DNA from: Eledone cirrhosa
Lineage: Eukaryota
Assembly (NCBI GenBank): GCA_964016885.1
Contig: OZ024744.1
Location: forward strand, 49,290,001 to 49,354,000
Reading direction: 5' to 3'
DNA: 64,000 nucleotides
Part shown: positions 30,950 through 45,348 of the stretch, piece by piece
Position numbering within the stretch: the first letter of the stretch is position 1
Layout of the letters: every line of letters begins with the position of its first letter
Position numbers and translations under genes: made by a program
The notes under the pieces: model-generated
What the model was told of the DNA's origin: nothing
The model's database searches: none
The model's input: the letters and a program-made list of their open reading frames with translations, nothing else

Positions 30950-31450
30950 CTAAAACTAATTGTAAGCCTAGTGATGTACATAACTCAGTTTCAAATCCAA
31001 ATCTTTTAAGCAAGAAAATGATGATAGTAATAGGTTAAGATCCCCAACCAAGACAAGTGATAGAGTTTGCAATTGTAGAATCACAAACAATTGCCCCCTT
31101 AATAATAAATGCTTAACCTCTAATATAATATACAAGTGTATGGTAACTATGGCAAGTGAAGATTACAACTACAGAGGTGCAACTGCCATCAATTTTAAGA
31201 AAAGCTACTACAACCATGTTCATTCATTTAAAAATGAAAACGAAAAAATTCAAACTTCACATGCTGAGACTATTTAGAGAATGATAAGAACAGCATAGGA
31301 CATAAACTGAAATGGCCGATTACTGGGCATGTGTATCCCTACCAGGATGGAGATCATGATTGTGACTTATGTACAACTGAGTATATGGAAAATATAGGGC
31401 ACAGTAGTGACTTAATTAACAAGAAAAGTGAGATTATTATAAATTGTAGA
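30950..31450 (+). mobile_element. Degraded Penelope-like GIY-YIG remnant
   Basis: RVCNCRITNNCPLNNKCLTSNIIYKCMVT at about 31062-31150. Confidence 0.7.
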
Positions 31451-31882
31451 CATTCTTTTCTGTATCAAGTATTTACTTAATTTATTTAAAATTCTTGGTA
31501 CTAACATAAATAATTATCACATATTAGTAAGAATAGGAGTTGAATAAACACCACAGAATATAAAAAATTATAACATCATGAAGTACCCTAATCTACATAT
31601 ACTATTAGAATGAATTCTACTTTACATTTATCCTAGTATTTTAAATAACTACTGGTAAAATACTTCTCAAACGATTCTGACAGTTATAATAAACAGGCCT
31701 TGCAAGATTACCACTACACATACTCTCACACCTTCTCTTCAACTTCACATTGATTTCGCTTGAATAACTTACATGAATCCAGGTTTGACTTACTATTAAA
31801 CTTATTTCTTACAAATGATGTAAATTTAATTTAATCTGCACCTATACCATAACTAGTAATTTTTCAAATATCTCTGACTGGT

Positions 31883-32070
31883 TTGCAGTTGAGCCCGTGG
31901 CAGTGGAGACTTCTGGTGTCCTTGGCCCTAGGCCCCCCCCCCTGCTCACCACGATTGGCACAGAGTTGGTTACCCACAGATGTGAGTCTCATGAGCTGGA
32001 ATGGCTCTTCCAGCGCATCTCCCTCACCATCCTCTAGGGAAACACCTTCTCGATTCTGTCCTCTGGGGCC
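31883..32070 (+). mobile_element. CRE-like non-LTR retrotransposon 3' end (REL endonuclease tail)
   Basis: EPVAVETSGVLGP...IG...ESHELEWLFQRISLTIL*GNTFSIL matches the P.AVET.G..G...WL.QRIS+A+.RGNA pattern. Confidence 0.65.
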
Positions 32071-32549
32071 ATGGGGTGGCCAGCATGTGGGCTTTCATTT
32101 GCTCACAATAGTGAGAGATGTCGAGAGCAGGTGAGATGGAGGCAGTGACAGTAGGAGTTTGGTTCTTTTGTGTTCGAACCTGGTGTATATCTGTGTATAT
32201 AAGATTGATTAAATTAAGGATTTAGGAAAGTAGTTGTTTGAAATGAAATGCAGACGATATGAGGAAATACAAGAAAGTTCACCTAGTAACTATCACATAA
32301 CTTCTGCCCACCATTTTCTACTAACCTCTCTAACCCATAAGCTACATTCTTTTTTTCTTTGTAGTCATAAGCATTTTTATTTTATATTTACACATATTTA
32401 TTTCAATATTAAATGTGTGTACATATACATCATCTGTACAGTTCTTTCAATGAATATAAACGGCAATAAAGAAATGAAAAAGAAAGATAAGAAAAAGAAG
32501 AAAAAAACAAATTAAGCAATGAAAGAAAGGGAAAGAGGGAGGGAGCATC

Positions 32550-33400
32550 TTATTGTTCACCCCAGAGTGGTGTGCTTCAGCTGCACCCCGCAAACACAAT
32601 GTTCCTTACTTGCTGTCTTCCTGATTTTATGAAGGAAAATAGCAGTTCAGGGACCAAGGACACCAGTGGTCTCAACAGTGACTGGTACAAAAGGAAACAG
32701 TCAAACAAACTCCGGTATTTGTTTATCTTCCTCTCCTCTGCATTGCAGGTGGTGGTCCCTGGGATTGCAACCAAAGCAAAAAAGTTGAAGGCAGAGAATG
32801 AGTCACAGCATATGGTGTCCCTGATTAGGGATTTACCTCCCTAGAATAGGCAGATGGGAAGAGAGTTATTCTGTCCAAACACAAACTATCACCACAGTTG
32901 AGGTCAGCTGACACCAGTTGTGATGGGAAGCTGGCTGTTACAAGACTATTTTTGATGACATCATACAAAGTGGCACGTCAAGGAAACTGGCCAGCATGAT
33001 TGCAGGTGCAGACTGAACTCCTCAACAATGGCTCTAGAACAGCATTTGTGTGGCTCACACACATCGTAGCCAAAGCAGTGGGCCACTCAGATGTGAGTGC
33101 ATTCATTATGAAGAAGGGTACAGGTTGATGAGGAGGGCACTGAATTGAATCTCATGCTGAGGTGGAATGGAGGTAGGTGAGATGGTGTTGGTCTAAGGAA
33201 GACATGATCCACCTGACAGAAGACCTGCACTTGATATCGTCTCATTTACATTGGACATCTGTATACCGAGGGTCAGCGAGGCCTCTGTTGATTCAATCAA
33301 CCTGAGCTGGCTCCTGTCCCTGGGCCAGGTCTGGTTTTTTCTGTTTTGTGAAGGATCTCACTAATGAAAGTGGGGCTGGAGGAGATTGGGGATAGGTAGG
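32550..33400 (-). mobile_element. Possible decayed Tx1/L1-like LINE 3' fragment
   Basis: GC-richer island with weak resemblance to the 3' part of the 42519-44586 element; no intact ORF. Confidence 0.35.
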
Positions 33401-33851
33401 CCAGCAATTACATTCTATGTATTATATATATTGTATGTCCATATATAAATGTGTTTGTGTGTCCTTGTGTATGTAAATGTGTAAATATATGTGTGTATAT
33501 GTGAATATATATATATATATGCATGTGTGTGTATATGAATGTATGTATCATCATCATCATTTTACCTCTGTTGTTCCATGCTTGTATGGGTTGGATGGGT
33601 TTTTTTCAGCACAGCATCTCTCCACTCATTCACCAATATATACACACATGCATATAAAGTACGTGTGTGCAAGTATGCATGTGTGGTTCATATGTGTGTG
33701 TATGTGTATATATATGTGTACATATATGTATCAATATAAAATCAGCATTGGTCTTCAATAGAGGAATGGAAAAGGACCACAGTTAAATAAGGTACTCAAT
33801 ACATCAGTGGAGAAGGTAAATAATAATTTCATATAAAAATCACTCCTACAG

Positions 33852-33888
<37 letters not shown>

Positions 33889-33892
33889 TATT

Positions 33893-33930
<38 letters not shown>

Positions 33931-35084
33931 CGCAATAGCTTAATATCCTCTGTAATGTAGAATCTATAAACTATATATTATATTATTCCTTTATTAATTC
34001 ACAGTCTAACTTGCATATGGAGAAAAGAGATATGTGTGTGTATATATACGTGAGAACATAGACATAAATCTCTCTCACTACTACTTAATTTAATATACAT
34101 TGGTATGCACATGCCATAGACTATCTTAATTTAAATGTTAGATTTCTCATTTTCTTCTTTCTTCTTGTAACAACTATTGAACTCAATGTACTTTAGTATG
34201 CATACTTCACTGCTGTCTTAATTTTAAATATTAGTTTTTCCTACTTTCCTCTTTCTTCCTTTCTTTCATTTCTCTGTATTCTTCTGTAGCCAGTCTAGAT
34301 TCTTTGTGGTTATTTTGGATATGTTCACTAAAGATGAAACATTTCACGAAAACCAGTGGGAATCAAATTAAGAATATATATCATCTGACAGGATAGAAAA
34401 ATAAACTAAAAACATAAATAAATTAATTTCATTCAGTTTGGTGACCCAGGAATAACTAATAAAATATCTCATAGCTACCTAACTTCCTGTATTTAACTCT
34501 AACTCCCATAACTTCATACATCCCATTCATATCCACTTTCGTTTTTGTATGGAAATCAAACCTGATGTTTTGTGTTTCCTGCTAACACAATTTAATCAGT
34601 TTTTAATTACCCCTAACCTAAAATCAATCGTCTGAGTTATTTTTTCTCTTTTGCATTTTATTTTTTACTTTTTATTCTTTACTTTGTATTTATTTGGTTT
34701 ATTTATATATTTTAGTATTGCATGTAGTTTTACTATATCTTATGGACAGAGTGACATAAGTGTTTGTAAACATCTGAGGTATTTATGTACTGGAAACATC
34801 CCACATAGTTACATAATAAATCATTTGAATTATGTAATTACAAATGATTTTGAGCCATACCGAGAGAAAACACATGCCATGTGAATAAGCTTTTGTTAAA
34901 CTCTCCAGTCTTTGGTGTGTGTGTGTGTGTTGTACTCGGCATGGAACAATGGACTCAAAATAAAGACGAGAATGATACATATGTATACAATACACACACA
35001 AACACACACATGCACATATATACAAATATACATACAAATATTTATTTTGATTTTGTATTTTTTTCACAAGATTTTTTTTAAATC

Positions 35085-36000
35085 TGAAAACGTGTGTTGA
35101 AACAGATATTGTTATACTTTGGGAGGGTCATGTTGCCACTAAAAAACACATGCACCTGTTAGATTTCACTTCAAATTAGTATTATAATTTCCTAGTCAGT
35201 TAGTTTAATAATTGGATGGTTGTTTAGTTGTTGATTGTCAAAGCTCTTTCATCACACATTCTGTGACCTCCTCAGTAACTACTTTTGTTATTTTGTGTCT
35301 CTCCTCTGTTCTGTCTTACACCGTCTTGTTTTTGTGAGCTGTTTACTTGGGCTCTGCAAGCGTTATACCAGTTTTTTTTTTGTGTGTGTGTATTTTTATT
35401 TATTTTTTTATATATTTATTTGTTTATTAATTTATACATTTATTTATTGTCTTTCTTTCCTACTTGTCATTAGTTGGTTACTTGTTCTATCTGTGTATCT
35501 GGTTTATCTTAGTTTAGTTCTTGTGTCTCTCTCTATGTCTTTATATTGTACTTAGTTCCTATGTTGTGAGGTTGTTGTTATTCCACTTGTGCTTTCTATT
35601 TAGTTTTCATCAGTGTTCGTTTATGTTTGTCACTTCAGTAATTTGTTGGAGCATTGCATCTGTTCTGTGTGTGGATTTTATGATATGGTGGAAGAGGAGA
35701 GATAAGATACACTTAGATGAGGACTCTATAACCTTGACTATGTACTCCAGCTACATAGATGGCATCAATATCATAGTTAAAACACCCCCACAGGAGAACA
35801 GTCAAGAATTAAAAAGGAACACCATGGAAAGCATCTAGTAAATAGCAAACTCCATCAACCAGAGTATTAAAGTTACTGTAGACTACCCAACTAAACACCC
35901 CAACCACAGATTTCCTGTATTAGACACAGAATTCAGGTTAGAAGCCATTGATAATAAAACACAGATCCTCCATTCACACACAAACAAGGGTGTGTAAGTA
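35085..36000. mobile_element. Penelope-like fragment: inverted 3' region (about 35100-35670) joined to a plus-strand RT piece (about 35690-36000)
   Basis: 35100-35670 resembles the reverse complement of about 3700-4190. The following piece reads YSSYIDGINII...IANSINQSIKVTVDYPTKHPNHRFPVLD. Confidence 0.7.
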
Positions 36001-36699
36001 TATATCTATGTATCTACATCAACTACAAGGTCATCCACCTGTCAGTACATGTGCACTCCAAAGCTCTCAAACCAATATCAATATTCTGAGTTCTCCAACA
36101 TTATCTGCACTGGTATCACTTAGCAGGTTAGCAATGTAATTTCTTTTCCTTCTACCCCTGTTTGTGTATCTATATAAAGGTTCTCACAGAACAAGATCAC
36201 TTGTTATCTCCAAATAGTGACAAACACACTGACCTGCAAGTTTTATTTTCCTCTGCCTTATCTTTTCTATTACTGATGGAAGATGCTGATACCATGAAAC
36301 ATTAAGTGCCATGTACAACATTCTTGGATAGCAGACATTAATTCTCTTTTCTAGTTGCTTTGATATGCTTCATGCTCCTGATCCATACAAGAGAACAGCC
36401 TTTACTGTTGCAATAAAAAGCCATAAGCCTTTATTCATCTGTGATGGCCATATTCTTTTAAACATGTGGTATACTGACCAAGCAAGTGCCTTTCTCACCT
36501 GAAAATCTTTTCTACTGCTTTCTGCCCCCAAACCTATATTTTTGAAGATGTGCACTTCCTTGATGTAATCTCCTATCTTAGATGTTTTGCTGAAAGGTCT
36601 ATAGATGTAACTCTGCACTCATGTTTTCTTTGCATTCATGTGTGGTGGATGCACAAAAATAGTCATCAGTAAAGATATTCAAGAGATAAACTCTCAAAT

Positions 36700-37140
36700 G
36701 TTTAGAAGGTTCACTGAAAATGGTAGAAAGCTTTTGCTATCTAGGAGATCTCATTAGTATTGGAAGTGCTGCAACCAGAATGGGAATAGGGTGGGAGAAG
36801 TTCAAGGAGTTGTTACCACTGTTGGTAACAAAACGCCACTTTCTCAGCGTAGTGAGTAGACTGTATGACGTTTGCATGTGAACAGCAATGTTTTATGGCA
36901 GTGAGACATGGCCCTTGTCTACAGAAGATCTCTGAAAGCTATAAAATAATGAAGTAAGTATGCTCCAATGGAAGTGTAATGTTAGTGTGCATGAATGACA
37001 TAGTATAACTGAACTGAGAGGAAAACTTGGCATAAGAGGAATAGGATGTAATATACAAGAAGACTCGATTGGCATGGTCATGTGATGTGTATGGAAAATG
37101 GCAACTGTATAAAGAAATGCAGAGAAGACTTTCTGAGTAA
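36700..37140 (+). mobile_element. RTE LINE fragment
   Basis: EMVESFCYLGDLI...GWEKFKELLPLLVTK...YGSETW, homologous to 57130-57560. Confidence 0.75.
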
Positions 37141-37439
37141 GACAAGATAGAATAAACAAAATAAGATCAGAATGAAGATGAGGTAAAGAACACAAATAGT
37201 CATTGATAATGTTGCAGAATGTGTCACAAAAGAGCTTTTGACAATCACATAAGATAATAAACTAATAATTATAAAAAATGAAATGAAAATAATCAACTAG
37301 TACATGTGTTTTTATTGGCAACATGACCCATCCCAAATATAACTATATATAACTCTTCCTGCTATATCAAGCGTTAACCTAACATATCCCTTCCATATAC
37401 TGTACCGATTGTGTTGTTATTTCTGTTTACCTTTTACAT

Positions 37440-37471
<32 letters not shown>

Positions 37472-37595
37472 ATATATAATGTTAGTTCCACAACAGTTAC
37501 CAAACCATTTTATATATAAACAGAAATAACAAAGCAAACAACACAGTACAATGAAGACATATATTAGATTAACACTTGAAATAATAGCAAAAGAG

Positions 37596-37631
37596 TCTTA
37601 ACGTTTTGGACACTAGTCCATCATCAGAAGA
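37596..37631 (-). ncRNA. Minimal hammerhead motif, AACGTT family (G12 mutated); sister copies 44903-44938 (-) and 49786-49820 (+)
   Basis: TCTT-CTGATGA-t GGAC tagt GTCC-[A]A-AACGTT-AAGA. The consensus of the three copies restores CTGATGA...GAAACGTT. Confidence 0.6.
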
Positions 37632-38719
37632 TAGAGTGAGAAATAAAAGATTAAATAGAAAAATAGAGAGTGAAAAGAGGAAGGAACGGGAAAAAAATTA
37701 AGAAAAAAACATGTTTATATTCAGTCAGCTACCATATGTATGTATATATATAATATATATGTGTTTATGTGTGTGTGTGTAACTAAGGCCATCTATTGCC
37801 TAAACTTGAATGGAAAAACACCTAGAACAAATCAAAGCCAACCATGAACTCAAACAAACATAAGCCATAAACCTACATTTGACCTCATCAGATGCTGACC
37901 ATTCAAGGAAGATTTAAACCTCACAATTCATTCTAAACTATGTTTCAACCCTCCTGGTAATACAACCATTGACCTGCATCACTTACTAGTATGGGGATGA
38001 TGGATGTCATCAGGCTGCAGTTATCATATCATGTACATTCTATATAATAATAATTTGCAGCATCTACAACCCTATGATGTAATTAGCAGAGAACTCACAT
38101 ACAACTAGTACAACTTTTAGGTATCACCACTGAAACCTCTTAAAAACCTGACCCAATATACAGACACATTCTGACATTAAACTTACACACAACTATCAGA
38201 ACTGAAACTAACCCAACCCAAACTGAGACCCTGCAATCTCTGGAATAGGGAAACTAGTGTTAAATAGAGGACATAGACAGCACAATTACCCATCTGTAGA
38301 GCTCCAGCTAGAGATTACCAGTAATATATCTTACTTGTCCCTATCACCTTAACTCTCTTGTCAGTGGAAATGTTTGCTTGATTTCAGCAGAATATTAAAA
38401 CATAAAATTGCAGAAGTAATATTATAGCTGTTACTATAGACTATAGACTACTTACACAGATGATTTGTTTTCAGAGGTGAAGGTGGATGTAGGACTAGTT
38501 ACACCTTTTGGAAATTCTGATAACAGAAAGTTGGTGAATATGTTTGCCACAAACTCAATGAACATCATACCTCAGGCTTTTCTTTTAAGAGTTCTCTACC
38601 TCCTAGGTTAGTTATCTTCACCACAGCTTAGAGTCCAACCCAGCCTAGTAGGCTAAATGCACATCTGGGCACCAAACCAGAAATTTCTAAGTCCTTGTGT
38701 ATCATTGACTTGATTTTTT

Positions 38720-39900
38720 TCACTTCATCAGGTTGCCAAGAAAATTCATGAGAAAACAACTGTTTATGGTTTTTATAGATCTGACAAAAGCTTTTGAAAC
38801 TGTCAACAGAAATGCTCTCTGGAAAGTTCTAAAAAAATTGGTACACCTAATAAAATGCTAGATGTCATCACTTTCTTTCATGTAGGAGTAAAAGCATATG
38901 TTTTAAGAGATGGTCAACTTTCAGTGTCTTTTCATGTTTGAAATTGCACAAAACAAGGATGTGTTGTGAACTTAGTTCTTTTCTTTGCAGTCATCCTGCA
39001 CTATGCTTATGGTGACCTGGATTCAGTTGTATTATTCAAATTCCCTGCCAGTAGTGGCCTCATCAATCACCAGCACTTTAAAGCCAAAATACTTATCCAA
39101 ATGGCAATGATACATGCCTTCTTGTTTGCTGCTGCTGCAGAGCCTATCAAAAGACTCTATAATTCCTGTAAAGCTTTCGGTCTCACCATCAACATTAAAT
39201 AGGCAGAAATTGTCCACCAACCAAGGCCCAACCACAAACAAATCAGATGTATAAAACAACAACTAGTTCATCAAGTCCTTACCTCAATGGAGAATATCAT
39301 TGAAAACAAAAATTAATATCTACCAAGCTTTAGTCCTTTCCACTCCCCTGTATAGATCAAAATCTTGGATCTCCTAAAGAAGACACATTAACCAGTTTGA
39401 TGTTTTTCATAAGCTATGTCTTCAGTCCATTTGTGGATATATCCCAAATGACAGAATTTTGAATATTGACCTACTCTCTAAATGTAAAACCGGTGGTGTT
39501 GGATCCTTTCTTTTACAATCCCAATTAAGATGGATTGGTCATGTTGTCAGAATAAGTCACAATAGAATACTAAGAGTCCTCATGTTTAGCCAGCTACACG
39601 AGAAAAGGAGAAACATAGGAGTACCATGACAGAGATAATAGGACAAGATCAGAGTTAACCTGGAATTGACAAAAAACCCCCCAAAAAGATTTGAAAAACT
39701 GCACTCAAATGAGATAAACGGAGATTAACCTGCTATGAAATAAGCTCTCTGGATAATCTTAAAGACATGAGAACAAATTGAAAGATTTGATCAAACATGC
39801 CAGCAACTCTGTATAGCAATCCTCTCTCATATACAATAGGTGGAGGTGATCTAGCCTGAAAATGATTGGTTGGATTATAGTCTCATGAAAGCCATGAACA
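38720..39900 (+). mobile_element. Degraded RTE/BovB-like LINE
   Basis: LFMVFIDLTKAFETVNRNALWKVLKK, TKQGCV, CKAFGLTINIK, QLRWIGHVVR. Confidence 0.8.
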
Positions 39901-40299
39901 TCAAAAGTAGAACAAAAAAATTAAATGATGATATATATAAACACATACAAAGATATATGTAGTATATACATATATATATATACATAATCTTTATACATAT
40001 ATATATATATACATACACATACATACATATACACATACATATGTACACACACACACATATATATATATGTCATTTTCATCATTTAACATCTATATTCTCT
40101 GGTGATCTGCCAAACATCCCTGATTATATAAAGATATTCAACATACCACTACTACCATCACTAACAACAACAACAACAACACCATCATGACTACAATACA
40201 ACATCAATACCACCTCCAACATGAAAACAACATCATAAATACTACTACTACCACCACCACCACCATTATTATTACAAAACAACAACACCAGTGCCACAC

Positions 40300-41070
40300 C
40301 ACCACCAAGAACAACATGAATAACAACACCAGAAACAACAACCCTAACAACAACAACACCACCACCACCACCACCACCAAGAACATGAATAACAACACCA
40401 GAAACAACAACCCTAACAACAACAACACCACCACCACCACCAAGAACAACATGTATAACAACACCAGAAACAACAACCCTAACAACAACAACACCACCAC
40501 CACCACCACCAAGAACAACATGTATAACAACACCAGAAACAACAACCCTAACAACAACAACACCACCACCACCACCACCAAGAACAACATGTATAACAAC
40601 ACCAGAAACAACAACCCTAACAACAACAACACCACCACCACCAAGAACAACATGTATAACAACACCAAAAACAACAACCCTAACAACAACAACACCACCA
40701 CCACCACCAAGAACAACATGTATAACAACACCAAAAACAACAACCCTAACAACAACAACACCACCACCACCACCAAGAACAACATGTATAACAACACCAA
40801 AAACAACAACCCTAACAACACCACCACCACCACCACCAAGAACAACATGTATAACAACACCAAAAACAACAACCCTAACAACAACAACACCACCACCAAG
40901 AACAACATGTATAACAACACCAAAAACAACAACCCTAACAACAACAACACCACCACCACCACCAAGAACAACATGTATAACAACACCAAAAACAACAACC
41001 GTAACAACAACACCACCACCACCAAGAACAACATGAATAACAACACCAAAAACAACAACACCACCAACAT
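40300..41070. repeat. Minisatellite, about 12 units of 60-70 bp built from AAC/ACC triplets
   Basis: Unit AAGAACAACATG(T/A)ATAACAACACCA(G/A)AAACAACAACCCT(AAC)n(ACC)n within an AAC/ACC-rich tract (about 40140-41150). Confidence 0.95.
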
Positions 41071-41405
41071 GACTACTACCACCAATAACAACAACAGCCC
41101 CAACAACAACACCATAAAACCCCCCACTACCAATACCACCACCATTCAACAGCCTTAGCCTACATCTTCATGCAAGAAAAAAAATCAATATTTTCTCTCT
41201 AGAAGCTAGTGAAGACACACACACAAGGTAATAGATCAATAAAATACAGGTACAATCTACCTTTAACGAGACTAACGTGTTCCTAATATAATGGCTGCTT
41301 GAAGTGGTCTTGTGTTGGTGTGTGTGTATATATATATATATCATCATTTAATGTCCATCTTCCCTGCTAGCAAGATATGTAGATGTATATATGTGTATGT
41401 ATATA

Positions 41406-41445
<40 letters not shown>

Positions 41446-41530
41446 TATACATACACATATATACATCTACATCATCATCATCGTTTAACGTCCATGTTCC
41501 ACGCTTGCATATATATATATATATACATCT

Positions 41531-41578
<48 letters not shown>

Positions 41579-41723
41579 AGATGTATATATATATATATGC
41601 AAGTGTGGAACATGGACGTTAAACGATGATGATAATGTAGATGTATATATGTGTATGTTCCCGTCTCACCCTTGCAAGCAGGGAAAAGTGGACGTTAAAT
41701 GAAATGAAATGAAAAATGAAATA

Positions 41724-41801
<78 letters not shown>

Positions 41802-41837
41802 CACACATACATATATATGTATGTATATATATATATG

Positions 41838-41885
<48 letters not shown>

Positions 41886-42063
41886 CACATACATACGCAC
41901 ATACATACACACATATACTGTATATATATATATATACATATATATATACATATATATATATGCACACTCACACACAGAGAAATATATGTAAATATATATA
42001 TACACACACACATGCACACACACACATGTGTATATATGCTAGCATGGAAGATGGACTTTAAAC

Positions 42064-42096
<33 letters not shown>

Positions 42097-42312
42097 ATAT
42101 AAATTTATTTCATATAGAAATGACTTCAACCGGATTAGATGTGTTTCATTTGTTTGAAATCACCATGGCTTTCCTGATGATTTCAAACAAATGATACACT
42201 ACTAGTCATATAGATGTCATTTCTATATGAAACAAATTTGTACTTTCTCTAATAATGTATTAAGTACCTCATTTAACTGGGTGATTCTTTTTTCTATTCC
42301 TTCTTGGAAAAC

Positions 42313-42348
<36 letters not shown>

Positions 42349-42483
42349 CAAACACACACATACAGACACATATAAATGTTTATACAGAAAAACACAACAG
42401 ATGATGAAGTTCAATGAAGATATATATTAATTTCACGCTTAATATAGTAGGAAAAGTATGTGTATATATATATATATATATAT

Positions 42484-42518
<35 letters not shown>

Positions 42519-42519
<1 letters not shown>

Positions 42520-44586
42520 CTTTCTTTATTAACCACAAAGGTTTACACAAAGTAGACATTAAAGACAGCACAGGACAATACAGGACGGTACAAATGGGCA
42601 TGTCTGCGTGTAAAAAACAAAAAACAGAGGATGTAATAATAGAACAATGAAAAAAAATTCCCCAATAGGAGGGAGACTTCCGAGGGACATTCGTGGAGAA
42701 AGCCCATTAAAAAGCCACAGTGACCCTGACCACCAGGGCAAGTGCCCTCTCTCAGTTTTCCACCTTTAATTTACAGACATATACTCAGAGTAGGCCCATT
42801 CACACAGGCCATTCTTGCTTCTCTCACCCTGATTTTCCTTTTCAAATGAAATTTGAAAAAGTTAATCAGGGCATCACCGAAGAGGTAAGTGCTCGTCTTC
42901 AGCCCTTTCAAACATGTCCACCATACTATCTCTTTCGCCATGGTCACCAGACAGATAAAAACTGCCTGCCCTTCCCGGCTAAAGGAAGAGGGCGTGACAA
43001 TCCTCACGATGGACTCAGCTGATAGCTGGATCCGTCCTACACGCGACAGCAGGTGTTCGACATAAACCCACAAGTCAGCAATGCTCGGACACTGGACGAG
43101 TGCATGCAGGACGGTTCCGTCACCCTGTGCGCATCTCGGAGATGCCCGGCTGACGGCACCTCCATGCCTGTAGAGTTTATCCCGAACTGGCAAAGCTCCT
43201 CGGTAGCACTGCTAGGCCAGGGATTTCTGGAAGTTATCAATAGGCCCCGGCCCGAAAGTTCTTCCGAAGATATTCGCTAGTTGATTTTCGTCGACGCCTA
43301 GAGTTTCCCCAAGTATGTCGTCGCTCTTCCCTCCACTAATCCTCTATAGAACGCCAAGGTGGAGTTTCCACCAATCACATTGCCTAATTGGTTGAGGGCT
43401 GTGAGCGCCTGAAGACATTCCAGTCTCCAAGCGCTCCCTCTCGGTCTTCACTTGACCCAAGACTGCAGCTCCGTCAAGGAGACGAGCTGGGGAAAGACGC
43501 GTGTAGCAAACGGCGACCACACCTGATCACCGTCGAGGAAGAAGTGGAGATGTCGTAGCCTGAGTGCGTGTCTGTGCATCATCAGCCATGGCATGCCCAG
43601 CCCTCCATATAGCGGATGTTGACAGCAGATGGACCGCCTGACCATCGGAGCATGTCCCTTCCACAAAAAGCGAAAGAGCAAACGCTCCAGCACAGTCAGG
43701 CGTGGCTTAGGACAAGGTACGATGGTCAGGCGGTAGTAGATGACGGACGCGATGTACGCTTGACCATTCAGGGATAGCTTCCTCTCCGCCCATTTCTGGG
43801 TGAGAGAAGCCGCCCTGCTCGTCACCTCGTCCCAGTTTTTGTCTGTCTGGAGGTCCGGACCAAACCAGACCCCTAGCAATTTAACCGGTCCGTCCGTCCA
43901 GCGCCCAACGATACTATTGGACGGCATGGACCTGCCTCTCCAGGTGCTGAGCTGCAGGCCCACTGACTTTTGCTGGTTGATCACCGCTTCGTATTCTCTT
44001 AGTGTAGTGCCGATCGCCTCGATGTGTTTGGAGTTCGACGCCACTACGGTGACATCGTCCGCATATGCTGACACGGATCTTCCGTGTCCTAGTTCGCGCC
44101 GTATCCCCCTCAACGTCTCCAGTTTGTGCAGTAATGGCTCAAGAGTCAATACGTACAAGAGGGACGAGAGGGGACATCCTTGGCGGACCGAGCGCATGAT
44201 GTTGAACGGTTCCGAAAGGTGACCGTTCACTCTTACCACAGAGCAGATGTCGCTGTGCATGGCAGCGATCCAGCCTCTGAAGACGGGCCTGAAGCTAGCC
44301 ACTCAAGACTGCCGCTAGGTAACGATGGTCAACCCTATCGAAAGCTTTCGACTGATCTAAATTGATCAAGGACCCACCCGTGCCAGGTTCCCTAGCTACC
44401 CTCTCTACGATGTATCGCATGATGTGGAAGTTGTCGTGGATGGATCTGTCGGGAATGGCGCATGTCTGCGCCTCTCCCACCAGACCACCAACGACAAGCG
44501 CCAACCTCTTTGCTAGCACCTTGGCCAAAATCTTGAACTCTGCGTTTAGCAGAGTTATGGGCCTGAAATTATCTATGTTATCCCCC
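42519..44586 (-). mobile_element. 5'-truncated Tx1/L1-clade LINE (RT plus C-terminal zinc knuckle), frameshifted
   Basis: NFRPITLLNAEFKILAK, LDQSKAFDRVDH, VRQGCPLS, YADD, C.....T..HALVQCP. AATAAA at 42525-42530 precedes an (ATT)n tail; (TAA)n flanks both ends. Confidence 0.93.
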
Positions 44587-44604
44587 TAATAATAATAATA
44601 ATAA

Positions 44605-44822
44605 TAAATGTGAAGACTTAAATCCAAAGAGGGCTCGATAAGGATAAATATATATCAAATATATAAAAACCATAGAGCAAATATTTATTAAAATAACAGA
44701 TTAAAGTTTAAGCAAAGAATCGCTGCTTTCACCCTAAACGGGATCTTCTGAAACTCAGAGTATCCCGTTAATGGTGAAAGCAGTGATTCTTTGCTTAAAC
44801 TTCAATCTGTTATTTTAATATA
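44605..44822. mobile_element. Solo fold-back pLTR fragment of the 350-3220 PLE family, containing the CAGAAGA hammerhead (44705-44755, minus strand)
   Basis: Near-identical to the reverse complement of 3069-3220, then turns back on itself at about 44757. Confidence 0.85.
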
Positions 44823-45348
44823 TATATGCAAAGAGTAAATAGAAACAACACAGTACAATGAAGAAATATATTAGTTTAAAACTTGATATAGTAGGAAAAG
44901 AGCCTTTACGTTTCAGGCATTATGTTTTTATCAGAAGATAGAATGAAAAATAAAAGATGAAATAGAAAGATAGAGGATAGAGAGTCAGAAGAGTCAGAAA
45001 TGAATAAAAAAAAAAAGAAAAAAAAAAAGAAATTGGAGAAAAGCACATATGTATTCAGTCAGTCATTTTGGAGAAAAAAAATATATGAGAGTGTGTGTCC
45101 TCATCAGCATTTAATGTCCATTTTTACACACTGGCATGAGGTAAACAACTTGTCCCATTGTGAAACAAGCCAGGTCAGATGACCATGTCTTGCTCAAATA
45201 GAACTGATTTTGACTTATATATATAAGCCAACATATACATTCATATATTTTATCAACCACTAGCAACCACCGAACCTACCTCCAAAATTAAAATTGTGAA
45301 TGTGGCTGGATTTCAATTCATAACCTAAGAATCTGTAGGCATACTTAC

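Noticed and set aside
40124-41158. Three ORFs over 300 aa as a mucin-like or membrane protein, or the array as CRISPR
   Set aside because: Pure triplet minisatellite with no unique spacers, no evident splice context and no cas genes; eukaryotic DNA.
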